Shown here: in pieces, positions 31,050 through 47,245 of the stretch
Numbering within the stretch: position 1 is the first letter of the stretch
Layout of the letters: every line of letters starts with the position of its first letter
Origin: the human T2T-CHM13v2.0 reference genome, Homo sapiens
Assembly (NCBI RefSeq): GCF_009914755.1
Contig: NC_060931.1
DNA: 64,000 nt
Reading direction: 5' to 3' (one strand)
Notes under the pieces: model-generated
Database searches by the model: none
The model's input: the letters and a program-made list of their open reading frames with translations, nothing else
What the model was told of the DNA's origin: nothing
Position numbers and translations under genes: made by a program

Positions 31050-31582
31050 ATTGCATCAGCTGGTCATCTAAGATGAAAACAACAGAACCCTATCATATTG
31101 GTTTACACAGTAAAGGAATTTATTAAAGGATATTAGGCAACTCACAGATTCTCTGAGAGGCCTAGAGAATGGGCCTTGGAAGCTCTGGAACCAGGAACAA
31201 TGACTAAACCACACACTGAGGTTAATCCAACAGAGATCTTGCTGCTGCTGCTACTTAGCACAGATACACAACTTGCCTCACTGCTACTTGGCATTTGATT
31301 CCAGAACTTTCATCTCTGCTATCTTGGTTAGCCACCTGTCTCTGTGGTCATTCATTCCAGACAATGAATTACTCTTGGTACATGCTTCGCAGGTTGGTTC
31401 CTTTCTATATAGAAGTTTCACAATGGCTTATCTGACTGTTTGCACACAAGCTGCAAGAAAGGCTAAAAAAGAGTTTCTGACTTCTAACCCCAGAGAGGTG
31501 AAACATGATAAGGGATAGACTCCAAGCAATGGGAGGAGAATTCAAAAGATGCGAGCCACATCCATGACAAAAGGCCATAGCA
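31050..31582 (-). mobile_element. Old MLT1-type LTR
   Basis: 'aaaggaatttattaaaggatattaggcaactcacagattc'. Confidence 0.5.
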
Positions 31583-32159
31583 AATAAAATGCTCTTACTT
31601 GCCTTTCCCCCTCAGCTAATACAGAATTTCAGTCCACAGCAAAGATACCTTTAATATTTTGGGTGATTTCTAGATGAGTCTTTTCCATGTTCTTAAACAA
31701 ATCTAGATATAATCACATGGGTGTAAATTTGGACAGAGTGTTTCTCAATTCTTCTGGTGCTATAGTCTGTTAAGGGAGTGTCAACATGGTCTTGATTACT
31801 CCATAAAGTCTCATAGAATTTTTGGGAAAACATATCTTTCAGTTTTTAATTACAGTTAGGTCTGTGTTTTTATTATTGGCTTCATATATAAATCCCATCA
31901 GGGCCTGGCTTTGTGCAAAATCTAAATGACTTTATACTTCACTTATAAAATAGCACTCTCCCTTCCCCCGTTACCATTAAACTTTATTACTGGATCGATC
32001 TGCTTCCCTTTTCTCTTGAGATGTCTTTTCTACCAAAAGATACCTCAGTTCCTCCTGTACATAGACTTTTGGATGGCCTACCCCCAAACAGGTCAAATTC
32101 ATGAGCATATTTCTGAATTCCTCCTTAGACATTAGTATGCTTTCTCAGTTTTTATAAAT

Positions 32160-33260
32160 GTAAAAGTCCTTATTTCACCTTCATTTTTAAAAGAATTTTT
32201 TGCTATGTATAAAACTCTAGATTGATAGTTTATCTCTTTCAATAATTTAAAGATATCATTCCATTTTCTTCAGGCTTACAATGTTTCTGCTGAGAGGTCT
32301 GCTGTCATTTTTATCTTTGCTCCTCTATATATATTGTATCTGTTTTACTTTGGGAACTTTAAATATTTTCTTTCATTAGTAGTTTTTAGCAATTTGAGTA
32401 TGATGTACAGTTACACTATTTTCTTTAAACTTCTCATGAACTTCTTTCAAAACATTTATACGAAATTAAGGCATTTTTAGACACATGAAAGCTGAGATAA
32501 TCTACTACCAAATAGGCCTGTATTAAGTTGCACAATGACAAATGTTTAACAAGTAGCTTTCCAGGAAAATAACCTAGATTTGTAGCATTTTGTGATTTCT
32601 ATGCTGTAAATATTCCTTCAGTGGCTAATTTTATGCTAACAACCTGTCATTTCTGAAGACAGAGTATGGAAGAGACACACACAATGTTCCTGCAAACCTC
32701 CGTGAGCTGGCTCCAGCACAGTGCTGCTGGCAGCATGAGAAACATGAAAGGAAGCCCTTCAGGTAGAAGAAAAATGATACCAGAAGAAAATTTGGATCTA
32801 CATAAAGAAAGAAAAAGCACTAGAAATTGAAAATATGTAGGCAAATATAAAATACTTTTTCTACTTAAGATGTTTTACTTTAAAAGATAATTGACTTTCT
32901 AAAGTGGAAATAATAACAATGTGTACTGTAAACCCTAGACAACCACTAAAAAGCAATGACAATAACAACAGCAGCAGCAAAGAGGTACAGATAATAAAAC
33001 AATAATAGAAAGAAATAGACAGAAAATAGAACTGGTAAATGAATTAACTAATTTCATTACCCCCTAAAAAGGCAGGAACAGAAGAAAAAATGAAATGTTT
33101 AGTGCAAGTAGAACATTTAAGCCCAACCATATTATTATTGCATAAAATGCAAATAGTCTAGCCACTCCAAATATAAGGTAGAGATTGTCAGAGTGCATTA
33201 AAAGAAGGACCCAACTATATGCTGCTTTAAAGAAACACACTTTGCATATAAAATCTTAAT
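32160..33260. mobile_element. Old L1M ORF1/ORF2 junction with inverted 5' part; MER63 nested
   Basis: Antisense ORF1 at 32160-32430, then sense from ~32440 ('tttcaaaa...gaaattaaggcatttttagac') to 'acccaactatatgctgc'. Confidence 0.65.
32525..32727 (-). mobile_element. MER63-like hAT-Blackjack element
   Basis: 'aaatgtttaacaa', 'tgtaaatattcc' and terminus 'gagctggctccagcacagtgctg'. Confidence 0.65.
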
Positions 33261-33328
33261 ATTTGAAAGAACATTATAATCAATTTTTTCAGATTAACAG
33301 ATGGTTACTCAATGCACGTAGTCCCTAA

Positions 33329-33636
33329 TTTTTTTTTTTTTTTTTTTTTTTTGATATGGAGTCTTTCTCTGTCACCCTGGCTGGATTTCAGTGGTGCAAT
33401 CTTGGCTTACTGCACCTCCATCTCCTGGGTTCAAGCCATTCTTGTACCTCAGCCTCCCGAGTAGCTGGGACTACAGGCGTGCACCACCAGGCTTGGCTAA
33501 TTTTTTTTGCATTTTTAGTAGAGACAGGGTTTTGCCATGTTCCCCAGGCTGGTCTCAAACTCCTGAGCTCAGGCAGTTTGCCTGCCTCGGCCTCCCAAAG
33601 TGCTAGGATTATAGGCGTGAGCCACCACGCCTGGCC
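33329..33636 (-). mobile_element. Alu (Jb/Sz-like)
   Basis: Long poly-T and full dimer. TSD gtccctaa (33321-33328 / 33638-33645). Confidence 0.94.
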
Positions 33637-33689
33637 TGTCCCTAAATTTAACAAAAGATTACGTTCTAAGCAGAATGAAGTAAATTTAT

Positions 33690-33822
33690 AAAAGGAGTTT
33701 TGGATTCAGAATCAGAACATCTGGGTAGGGAGTCCCAATTCTACATCTTACTAGATGTGTGGTTTTTGCTAAACCATACCTTGCTGGGGCTCAGTTTCTT
33801 TCTCTCTAAAATAGTGGGGTTT
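33690..33822 (+). mobile_element. MIR
   Basis: 'cttactagatgtgtg...gggctcagtttcttt...taaaatagtgggg'. Confidence 0.55.
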
Positions 33823-36169
33823 TTAGGGAGGTGAGGGAAATCATTTATCAGAATTACTCAATGAACTTCTAAAACACTTGTGAGACCACCCCACAACGCT
33901 CCCAGACTCTAATATCTTCTCAGATTGAGCCAGGAGGGTCTCGGTAGCCTGTTTACATGTTGAAAAAGCTCCCTAGTGAGTACAGTGAACAGCTCCGCCC
34001 CCTCAGGCTACCTGAGAGTTGAAGACACTGAACCTTATCATTTCTATGGTCCCTTCCACTTAAAATATTTTATGATTCTCTGATTTGAGCAGAATTAATA
34101 TTTAGGTGTTCTTCAAATTACCTGAAGTTTGCAGCCACCTACTTGGCCAGCACTGATAGGCCCCAGGCTCGGCTCCTTGGCATCTTGCCATTTCCTTTCA
34201 GTTGATGGATTACAAATGGCATTTGTAACTCTGTTGATTTGCCTAGAGATATTTCATTTCAGAGTGAATGCATAGATCAAATAAAGGATACACTGTAGAA
34301 GCACATATGTAGTTGTCTATGCAATTCAGTTCACCACAGCAGAACTGCTTAGTGACTGTTCAATGCTGCCTAAGTCTAGGGTGGCTGGCGTTGATCTATC
34401 TGAAGAATCAATGAAGTCTGTGCAACTGAAAAGAGAGCACTAAATTAGCTTTACTGGTTCACAAAACTGGAAAGTAGGTCAGTGCCCAACATTCCAGTAA
34501 TTGCTACTAGTGCTATGGCAGGCTCAGTGGCAGATACTGAGGAGCAGGACAGCCATCTAGAGCCCTCGAGTCAGGAGGAATAAGGCCCTGAGTTTCCAAT
34601 TTGAGCTAGCCCAGACTAGCCCTCTAGGTCCACACTGGACCTCCCCTTTCAGCCTTCATCCAGGGCTATAGGAAATAATTTTCTATCATAGCATATGGTT
34701 TGTTTTAGTTTTAATATGTCAGAGATGTTTCCTTTAATTATTTTCCCATTACTTTTGCTATTTTTCAAAGACTTTTCTCCATTCCTCCCCTGAGAGTGCT
34801 CGAGGACTCTGTGTTATTTTATTTCTAACATGCTGCATTTCAAAAGACTTGTAGAATTAAATCTTGTCAGAAAAAGAGGGGGCTAATTAAGCAAGAGTGG
34901 GTCATGTTCTCATTTCCTGTCCTTAGTCAGAATGAAGGTCTTTTTAATTGTAGGGCTCAAGTTAAGGGACTAAAATTTTTATTCTAATAATTGTGAGCAT
35001 CACCCTCTCATACACAGGTCAAAAGAGAGACCTGTGAAAGCCCCACTGAGGGAAGCCATTGATGATTTCAGAGGGAAGAAGACGGAAAGAGTAGATTGGC
35101 AAGTGGCCATAGGCAGGAGTATGCAGCTATGGTTTAGCTATCCTGTGGCAGCCATGTATATTGTTGCAGTCTTTGGTAGAGATCTCGACCTATATTTAAT
35201 CAGGACGAGACCTTGTTGAAATCAAGAAGTACGTGAAATCTTTTCCCCTGACTTCACATTTCACTTTCCCCTTTCATTGCCTTGATTCCCAGTATCTCTC
35301 CTTCCATTCTTTTCTCTTCCTCACAGAGAAGATGCCTGTCTCATTCTCAGGGATCTGTCTACCAGCCTAACTCTACAAGGCCTCATTCTGAGATTTAAGT
35401 GCAATGGTGCTTGGACTTGGGCAACACTATGGCCTTGTTGCTTTCACTGAGAGATCACAAGAAAGAAGAACCTCAGTGTCCAGTGGTAGAGCATTACGAA
35501 ATTTGGCAGGGGACAAGAGAGACATTTGAATTAGTAGCTTCCTGCTATTCTAGTATCAACACATTTGTAAGGGACTGTGCACCATAAGGTCCTGACAACG
35601 ATTCTTGGAGCATGGCATCACTGCTTCATCATTCGGTACCTTTGCTAGAGAATATGAGGGGGAGATGAGAATTTGTTAGTAGGGATCTTGTGATTGTGCA
35701 TAGTGCTGTGACATACATTATATTCTTTCAGACTTGATGTTATTTGGGGGCTGGAAAGATCAGGCATTATTATGCCCACTATATTAAGTTAGAAACTAAA
35801 TCTGAGAGACCAAGCCATGTTCCTAATATCCACGAATAGTTGAGCTCCACTAGAAATCAAGTGTCTTAGCCCAAATCCATCTTGCATTAAGTCTGTGTGT
35901 GTGTGTTTGTGTGGTGGGGGGGGGTGTTAATTCTATACATTCCATTTTCGTAGAGAGTTCCATTTTGGCACACATTCATTTAAGGCTGTGAAATAGAAGC
36001 CAAAACAAACATATGCAACTCTTTGTTATTTTAGCCCAAGTCTTCTAGAAAACAGAGCCTGAGGCAAAACCTCACATGCTAATGCTTTAATGGGGGTGCA
36101 ACCCCAGGAAATTAAGAGTAAAGGAAAGAAGGAGTGAGGCAGGGAAGGAAGGAAAGCTTAGTGGATTCT

Positions 36170-39785
<3,616 letters not shown>

Positions 39786-39964
39786 AGGTTGAAGGTCTTA
39801 CAGTGAAAGTAAGAGGATTATGAACTCGGCTCAGGACAACTCTTTCATAAAAGGAATTATTAATGTGTTTTAATGCCAGATACCTTCAAAAGGGTTTTTG
39901 TCACATTTAAAATTATCGTGGGAAAATTTTTATACATTAACCTGGTGTCTTTACGGTATTAAAT

Positions 39965-40239
39965 TTTTTTTTTTCTTTTGGAGACAGAATCTTGCTCTGT
40001 TGCCCAGGCTGGAGTGCAGACTGCAGTGGTGCCATCTCAACTTACTGCAACCCCCACCTCCCGGGTTCAAGCAATTCTTGTGCCTCAGCCTCCCGAGTAG
40101 CTGGGATTACAGGCACAGGCCACCATGCCCAGCTAATTTTTTGTATTTTAGTAGAGACAGGGTTTCACCATGTTGCCCAGGCTGGTATCGAACTTCTGAG
40201 CTCAGGCAATCCACCTGCCTTAGCTTCCCAAAGTGCTAG
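39965..40239 (-). mobile_element. 5'-truncated Alu (Jb/Sz-like)
   Basis: Ends at 'aagtgctag', missing ~30 nt of the Alu 5' end. TSD ggtattaaat (39955-39964 / 40240-40249). Confidence 0.92.
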
Positions 40240-40799
40240 GGTATTAAATAGGGAAATGACACTAAAAGAATAATGCATTGTTATATCATCAGGAGTTCAA
40301 TCTGAAGGGGGCAAAGGATGCATAAGTAAGTTATTGTAACGTTACCATCACTCCCCAGTGGCTGGCATGGTAGGGCTGGAAGAATGGGAATATGTTTCCA
40401 AGGTCCAGAAGGAAGAAAAGGGCACTATGGGCAGTGGGAATAGCACAGGCCAAGCACAGAGGCGGAAACATGCAGCAGGTTACAGGGTGTGGCTGGAACG
40501 CGGAGTGCTGAAAGGCTGCAGATGAGCTTCAGGCTGGAGATGAAGAATAAATGAGTCAATCAAATAGGCCCACAATGCCAGCTGCAACTGAAATTCAGTC
40601 CAAAGTAAAGCAGTGCTGTTTGGAACTAGCAATTTCAGCCACAACTATCTTACAGACTTGCAAATTAGCTAAAAGCTGACTAAGGTGCTTTGGATTGAGC
40701 CAAGTATTTTTAGCGACCTTTATCAATAAGCAAGCACATTGTTAACCAAGACTGGGAAGTAGGAAGTATGTGTAGTTTATGACTTTAACTGATACCTGA

Positions 40800-41027
40800 A
40801 TAGCATCTGTGGTTACAGGCATGGACTCTGGAGCAGGCTGCATCGGGTCAAATCTTGGTCCCCAGATGTACTTCCTGTGTGACTAAGGATACTTCTTTAA
40901 CTTATTTGCACACTACTGTTAATCTCTAAAATGAGGATAACATATACCTATCTCAGGGTTGTTGTGAGAACTAAGTAAGTTACTATATGTGAAGTACTTA
41001 GAACTATGCTTGATACATATTAAGCAT
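40800..41027 (+). mobile_element. MIR (MIRb-like), near full length
   Basis: 'atggactctggagc...tgtgtgactaagg...cagggttgttgtgagaa...cttagaac'. Confidence 0.8.
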
Positions 41028-41185
41028 GAGAGAAAAAGAGAAGAGATGGGAGATGGAAGGAATGGAAATCCCAATGAGTTAGCAAGGAGAAAAATTATTC
41101 CCTGTGAGTGATCAGACAGTCATAACTAAAGGTATCGTTTCATCCTTTTTCCAAGGAATACCTGAGCTATGACTATGCTAAACAA

Positions 41186-41515
41186 TTGTTCTTACATGAT
41201 TCACTTGAGTGTCTCTTTAGACAGCAACCACGATCTGCAAAGGGTACAGTGCTCAGGGGGCTCAGATTTCTAAAACATGCGGGACCGAGTCATGCCACTG
41301 GGTGAGCCACTGAGACCAGCAGAGATGCTAGCTGAAGGTGAAGGAGATCTAGAATGGACAACGTGAAGGGAGATGATGAGTGTAAATTGAGTAGCAGCAG
41401 CAGTGGAGCTGTAGTTCACCCTATTAACTTTCTCTTTTTAAATTTCCTCTGGAAAAAGAAGTGCACCAGCGTCCTGAAGGAGTGACTCCCGGAATTTATG
41501 CAAAGAATTAGATCT
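41186..41515 (+). repeat. 330-bp direct duplicate of 39103-39432
   Basis: Ungapped alignment at offset 2083 with ~23 mismatches counted by eye (~93% identity). Confidence 0.95.
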
Positions 41516-41580
41516 CAAGTGTACAATAACTGAATTGTACAATACTATCAAGTGTACAATAACTAAATTGTACAATAGTA
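41515..41580 (+). repeat. 2 x 33-bp tandem repeat
   Basis: tcaagtgtacaataactgaattgtacaatacta / tcaagtgtacaataactaaattgtacaatagta. Confidence 0.92.
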
Positions 41581-42184
41581 TGCAAGCTCCCCATGGGCAG
41601 TGCAACCGGCCAGTGTACATCAATTAATCTCACCACCAGAGGCAAATGTGTCAGAATGCTCACTGTGACTTGCTCCAACCCACTGAAGCAACTGCACTTC
41701 CTATGTTTGAATTGGGTCATATTTCAGTGCGTCTGTGACCCACTACCTATTTGTGTTTCTATTCTTGGATATTTTAAAGGTTTGTCTTGAGGGGTGGATG
41801 GGGGAGACCATGTAGGCCTGTAGTGGAGTTTTTTGTTTTGTTGGGTTTTGTTTTGTTTTTTAGAGCCTGAAGACCAGGAGCAGAATGCCCTCATTTTACA
41901 CAGAGAGACACTGAGGAAGGAGGACTTTGGTACCTCTGAGCCAGGCAGTGGCGAAGAAATTTAGAAATATGTCTCTCCTGGATGTTTTTGCTTGTATATA
42001 TGTCAGCATTTTACTGACTCAAACATAAAATTGAGCTTTTATTTACTTGGGGCAAGCCATTATTCTATAATATTTGATGTGTCTAACTCATTTAAAATGA
42101 AAGGGAAATGGAAACAGTACTTTAAAATGAAAATAGGGTTTCATTGTTCTTAGCTTCAGTATTCTTTAACTGCTTCGCCTCTGG

Positions 42185-42388
42185 AGTCAGTGTGAGGTTC
42201 TTAATCAGGGTTTGATTCCAGAAGCAGCTAATTATTAATCTGGGCTTGTACAAGCTACTAAACCTCTTAATTAATAGGTAAAATGATATCTACCTCCTAG
42301 GATTTTGTGAAGATTAATAAGTTAATTAGAGGACATAACGAATGTGAAATCCATTGAACATAACAGGTATTCAGTAAATGTAAGTCTC
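42185..42388 (+). mobile_element. MIR
   Basis: 'taaaatgatatctacctcctaggattttgtgaagattaa...tattcagtaaatg'. Confidence 0.6.
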
Positions 42389-44239
42389 CACTCATGCCTG
42401 TCCTGTCCTAAGAGATAGAGTTTTAATGAGGACACCACTTAATTTTAACACAAATACAATCACTTCTTTCATAATCATTTCCTCCTAAATCAAAAGCTGA
42501 CACAGAACTCATTTTCTGTCTCTGGATCTGCTTCCTAATTTGTAAAATGAGGTGGTTAGATTGTTTCCCTTCCGATGTCTTCAAAATCTGGATTTCTACG
42601 GCTTTTTCCTAGCTTTCCATTGGCCTGGGAAAATCATTTATCCCAGTCATCAAATTCTCCTGTTTGCTGAGAGAAAGAATAAGTTTAAATGCTTTGGGGT
42701 GAATAGAAGGAAAATGTCTCGCATTTTTCCTCTATGAAAGCATCTTTTTCCATTTTTGCTAGCTGCAAAGCACTATACAAGTATACAATTTTTGTCACTC
42801 TTACTATGATTCTTCTTACCACTCTCACTATTCTGTTTTCTCCATCTCCCACAATTGGATAGGAGATGCAAGTACTTCATGTTAGGATAAATATGTAATT
42901 AGGTCTATATATAACTCTATATATAAATATATAATTGTTCAGAAAGAACAGTATATGCATAGGCACACTCTTACTCATTGTACTAATCAAAGCTTAGGTT
43001 TCATTCTACATCTATTCAGGCCTGTCTATTCAGTCACTTGCTATTCTTTCTGACTGGAGTGACAATATCAATCATGCTATTCCTATGGTCAGAAATTCTG
43101 GCTGCTGTTGCTACCACCATTTAGGAGTCCCCTTGTGAATTCCTGCCTGACAAGAACTCTCTGTACCTATGTACTGGGCTGACTGAACAAGAGAAGGATC
43201 TGCCTTCCCCAGTGGCCACCTAGAGTGGTTGAAAGACCTGACTTAGAAGTGTGGAGGTGTTGTTGCCCAGTGGAGCAGATTTTGACCAGTGGGAGAAAAG
43301 TGTATCCTAGCAATTAATGTGCTCTGTCTTCCTCTTCTCTCTTTATTTCCCATGGACTATTCTGAGTGTACTCCTTTCTTACAACCTTCCTTATGTCCTA
43401 TGATTGTTGAGCAAACAGGCATGTTTGGTGATTGCTGTCTGTCACAGGTTGTGCTCCCTGAGAAGCAGACTCTAAGACAGTTTGGTGTGCAGTATTAAAG
43501 AATATGTCTAGTTTATTTCATCTATTAAGATCCCTTTTTCTTTCAGTTATTTTTTTTCATTTGTCTGATTTCCAGTTGGCCCATTTTCATGCATTCCTGC
43601 TCTTGTTTGATAACTTTATGTTCCTGTTTCTGGGATGCTATTTACTGCAATATCTCTTTGAGAAATTTAAACATTTGTTTTAAGTGAGGAATGCTGCCTT
43701 ATTTATATTTTATCCTTTGTGTATTCTGCCAACGTATGGTCTTTTGACTATCTCACATAGCAGAAATTTTCCTGTATGCTTTATAATTTTCAATTATGGG
43801 TTTAATCTTCCCAGGGTGCTTATTTTTACCTACACCTCTTCCTATCCAGTGGTCTCATGGTTGCTTCATTGAGCTCTCTGTGTTGTTTAGCTCAATTAAG
43901 CTATTGGTTGGGGTGGATTCTTAAACTTTTTGTTGTTGCTATTTTTGTTAAATTACTCCATTGAAAACTTGATGATATCCCTATTTCCTTTTCCCCAAGA
44001 AATACAAATACACATATATACACACCCTTCTATATATACCCTTAGAAAGTTTATGGGCATTTCAAAGCCCAGTCATACATCTTGTAGGGGTACTTAGACC
44101 TTTAGTTAAGAACTCTGAGTGAGGAATATTGAGTTTCTGTACTATGGGGGTACAAAAACTCTAGATGTTTAGCCCTCTTGCAGTACAGCTTCAGTTATAA
44201 TTATCTTGAAGGGTTTTTGCTTGGGCCATAGATAAGTGG

Positions 44240-44740
44240 CACATTTTAATTTCAGTCATTTTTATAAGTGCATGGCAGCAGCTCACTGTGGTTTTAACTT
44301 GCATTTTCTAATAACTAATGATGTTAAGCATCTTTTCATGTGCTTATTTGCATTCTATACACCTTTTTGGGGCAGGGGAAATGCCTGCTCAAATATTTTG
44401 CCCAATTCTTAAAAGTTGGCTTATTTGGTTTTCTTATTATTGATTTTAGAGTTCTCTTACATTCTATATACTAGCCCATTATCAACTATATGATTTGCAA
44501 ATATTTTTCTCCAAGTATGGCTTTGTCTTTTCATTATCTTAATGTCTTTCAGAAAACAGAATTTAAAATCTGATGAAGTCCAATTACTTTTTTTTTGTTT
44601 ATAGGTATGTTTTTAATGTTGTATCTAAGAAATCTTTGTCTAGCCTAAAGTCACAAAAATTTTATGATTTTCAAAATGTCTGATAATGTTAGGTCTATGA
44701 TTCATTTTAAGTTAAAATTTAGATATGGTGTGAGGTTAAC
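44240..44740 (-). mobile_element. L1MB/MC ORF2 3' fragment
   Basis: 'gcattttctaataactaatgatgttaagcatcttttcatgtgcttatttg' and 'tgatttgcaaatattttt'. Confidence 0.8.
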
Positions 44741-44789
44741 ATATATTTTTAGTATTTAAAAATATTGTATTTCTCTTTTATTTGGAGCT

Positions 44790-45200
44790 GAGGGGGGCTG
44801 GTTATGAGCTTGTTTACTCCAGAAAATTGACCCTAATTGGTACTACATTACACGGTGCTTCATTCAATAGTTCATTTGTTTGATATGCAAACTAATTACA
44901 TATAGGCTAATTGGCTAGTTTCCAATTAAGAGAAGGAAATGACTGGCCATGCATGAAGTACTGGCTAATGGAGAACAGTTATGTAAATCATTCATTCTGA
45001 CTCTCAGCAGACTGCCTGATTCTCCTTAACAACTGCGTTAGAAAAGCTACTTGCGTAATGAGATCAAACCCATATATTATCACATGTCTTATTTGTAATT
45101 AAGTAGTAAGTATCAACGAGGTCTAAATAAATCAGTTCAGAGGTGGTTAGTAAATTAAAAATATGCTACCAGCTGATGAAAGCATCTCTTCAAAATATAA
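44790..45200. promoter_or_regulatory. Candidate enhancer (non-repeat, motif-dense)
   Basis: Cluster of FOX, homeodomain, POU-like and PAR/CEBP bZIP motifs; see findings. This is motif-based inference only. Confidence 0.4.
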
Positions 45201-46896
45201 CATTTATGAAAAATATTTAATTAGTATACATGTTATGATGGAAACTGACAGGTAAAGGGCTTTCTAATATTGTTTTGAACTTCAATATATTTTCCCACCA
45301 AGCTTCTAAGATTGAAAAATGCAGCATTTTATTCACACTTAAAAAAAATAGAAAATAAATTTCTCTGTGACCTAGAAAAAAGAAGTTTCTTTTATAACTA
45401 ACAAATATTTTTAGAGACAAAGGAAAACAAAGGACTTCAGAATGAGGCAGTAATATCTGGACTATATATTGTGCCCAGTTTGAAAATGTAGGTCATTTTA
45501 ATACCACTTTATCTTTTGTATAAAAATTCCAAAAATCATGAAGTGTAATCATAAGAAAAAAGCCTCTGCATTTTTACCTTTTTTTTGGAAAACTGCTGCT
45601 AACAATTTAAACTATTGTTATAAAATGGTTGTAATCAACATTTATCTTAGGATGGGAACTACATTTGATTGGGAAAGTGCTTCAGGTAGAGTATCAGACC
45701 CTGACAAGACCTTAATACTGTTGAAAATGTCTATGCAAAACAATAATAAAAATGTACTTGTTACTTTGGAGAAAGAAGGAGGATGAGGGAGAAAGAGAAT
45801 AGAGATCAGATAGGTTGTAGAGAACTGTCTATCCCTGATATGAACTTCTCCCCTCAGCCTGGGTATCTCCAAATCTTCAGTAAAATACACACAAAAAGCA
45901 AAAAATGCATATTATTACATATCCTGTGGAACTGTTGAAGCAGCTGAGACCATCATCCTGACTAATACAGGGCAAACAGAGGATCATGTGCAGATGGCAT
46001 ATGCGTGGTAGCAGAGGAGCCTAGAGAATTCAGGATAGGAACTAGCAGAAACCATGGAATTTCTCTCACGGGACTGCGGAGTTGGGGTTTGGACTAAGTT
46101 TACCCAGATTTCTAGGGGCCCAGGAGACCCCCAGTGGGGATATGTGGGCTACATATAGATTTTACTGCTATAAAAACAAACAAGGCAGATTTGTATTTAC
46201 TGATATAAAAACATGTCTATTAAATAGAAAAAGCAAGTTGTATAACAGTATCCCATTTTTTCCAAATAAGTCCACTGGAAGTTAAATACCAGAGGGAGAA
46301 TTTACTATACAAACCAGATCTACATTAAGGATGTGTTCAGATACAAGAAACAGGTCCTAGCAATGGTGCCCAAGTGGAAAGAATGCAGGAGAGGGTGAGG
46401 AAATTCAGGGTTGTGGCGGAGGAAGGCCGTACAGACCCTGCTAAGCAATGGCATGGAAGACTATATGATCCCATGAAAAATGGAAATCAGGGACCCCTTG
46501 TTAAGGACTTATTAAGAATTCCAAGATGGCAACTGGAGAGCATTAAATCATGTGTGGGGCCCTTCTAAACACTGGATCCTGTGTGGCTGCCCAGATGACA
46601 TTCCCATGACTAGGAGGACAAAATCTATAATTCCTGTGCCTTGTTGCATATTTTTCTCTTCTTTTAGTGCTGACTTTTTGGGGAAAATGACTCCTTTCTT
46701 CTAAAGGAAATATATAGTGAGACAATAAAGGCTTACTTGCCCCAAATCTCTTTGCTTACCACTTATCTTTGTCTTACTTCAGCCAGGCAGCTTAGAAGGC
46801 AGCTTCTGCAAATTCTCTCCCTGAGAATCACCGTTAGCAAGACTCACATTGACTGAGATCTGAAATCTCTCATATACTGGACTCAAATACCATTAA

Positions 46897-47245
<349 letters not shown>

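Noticed and set aside
41515-41580. Repeat as a CRISPR-like array
   Set aside because: Only two adjacent units, no spacers, and a eukaryotic context.
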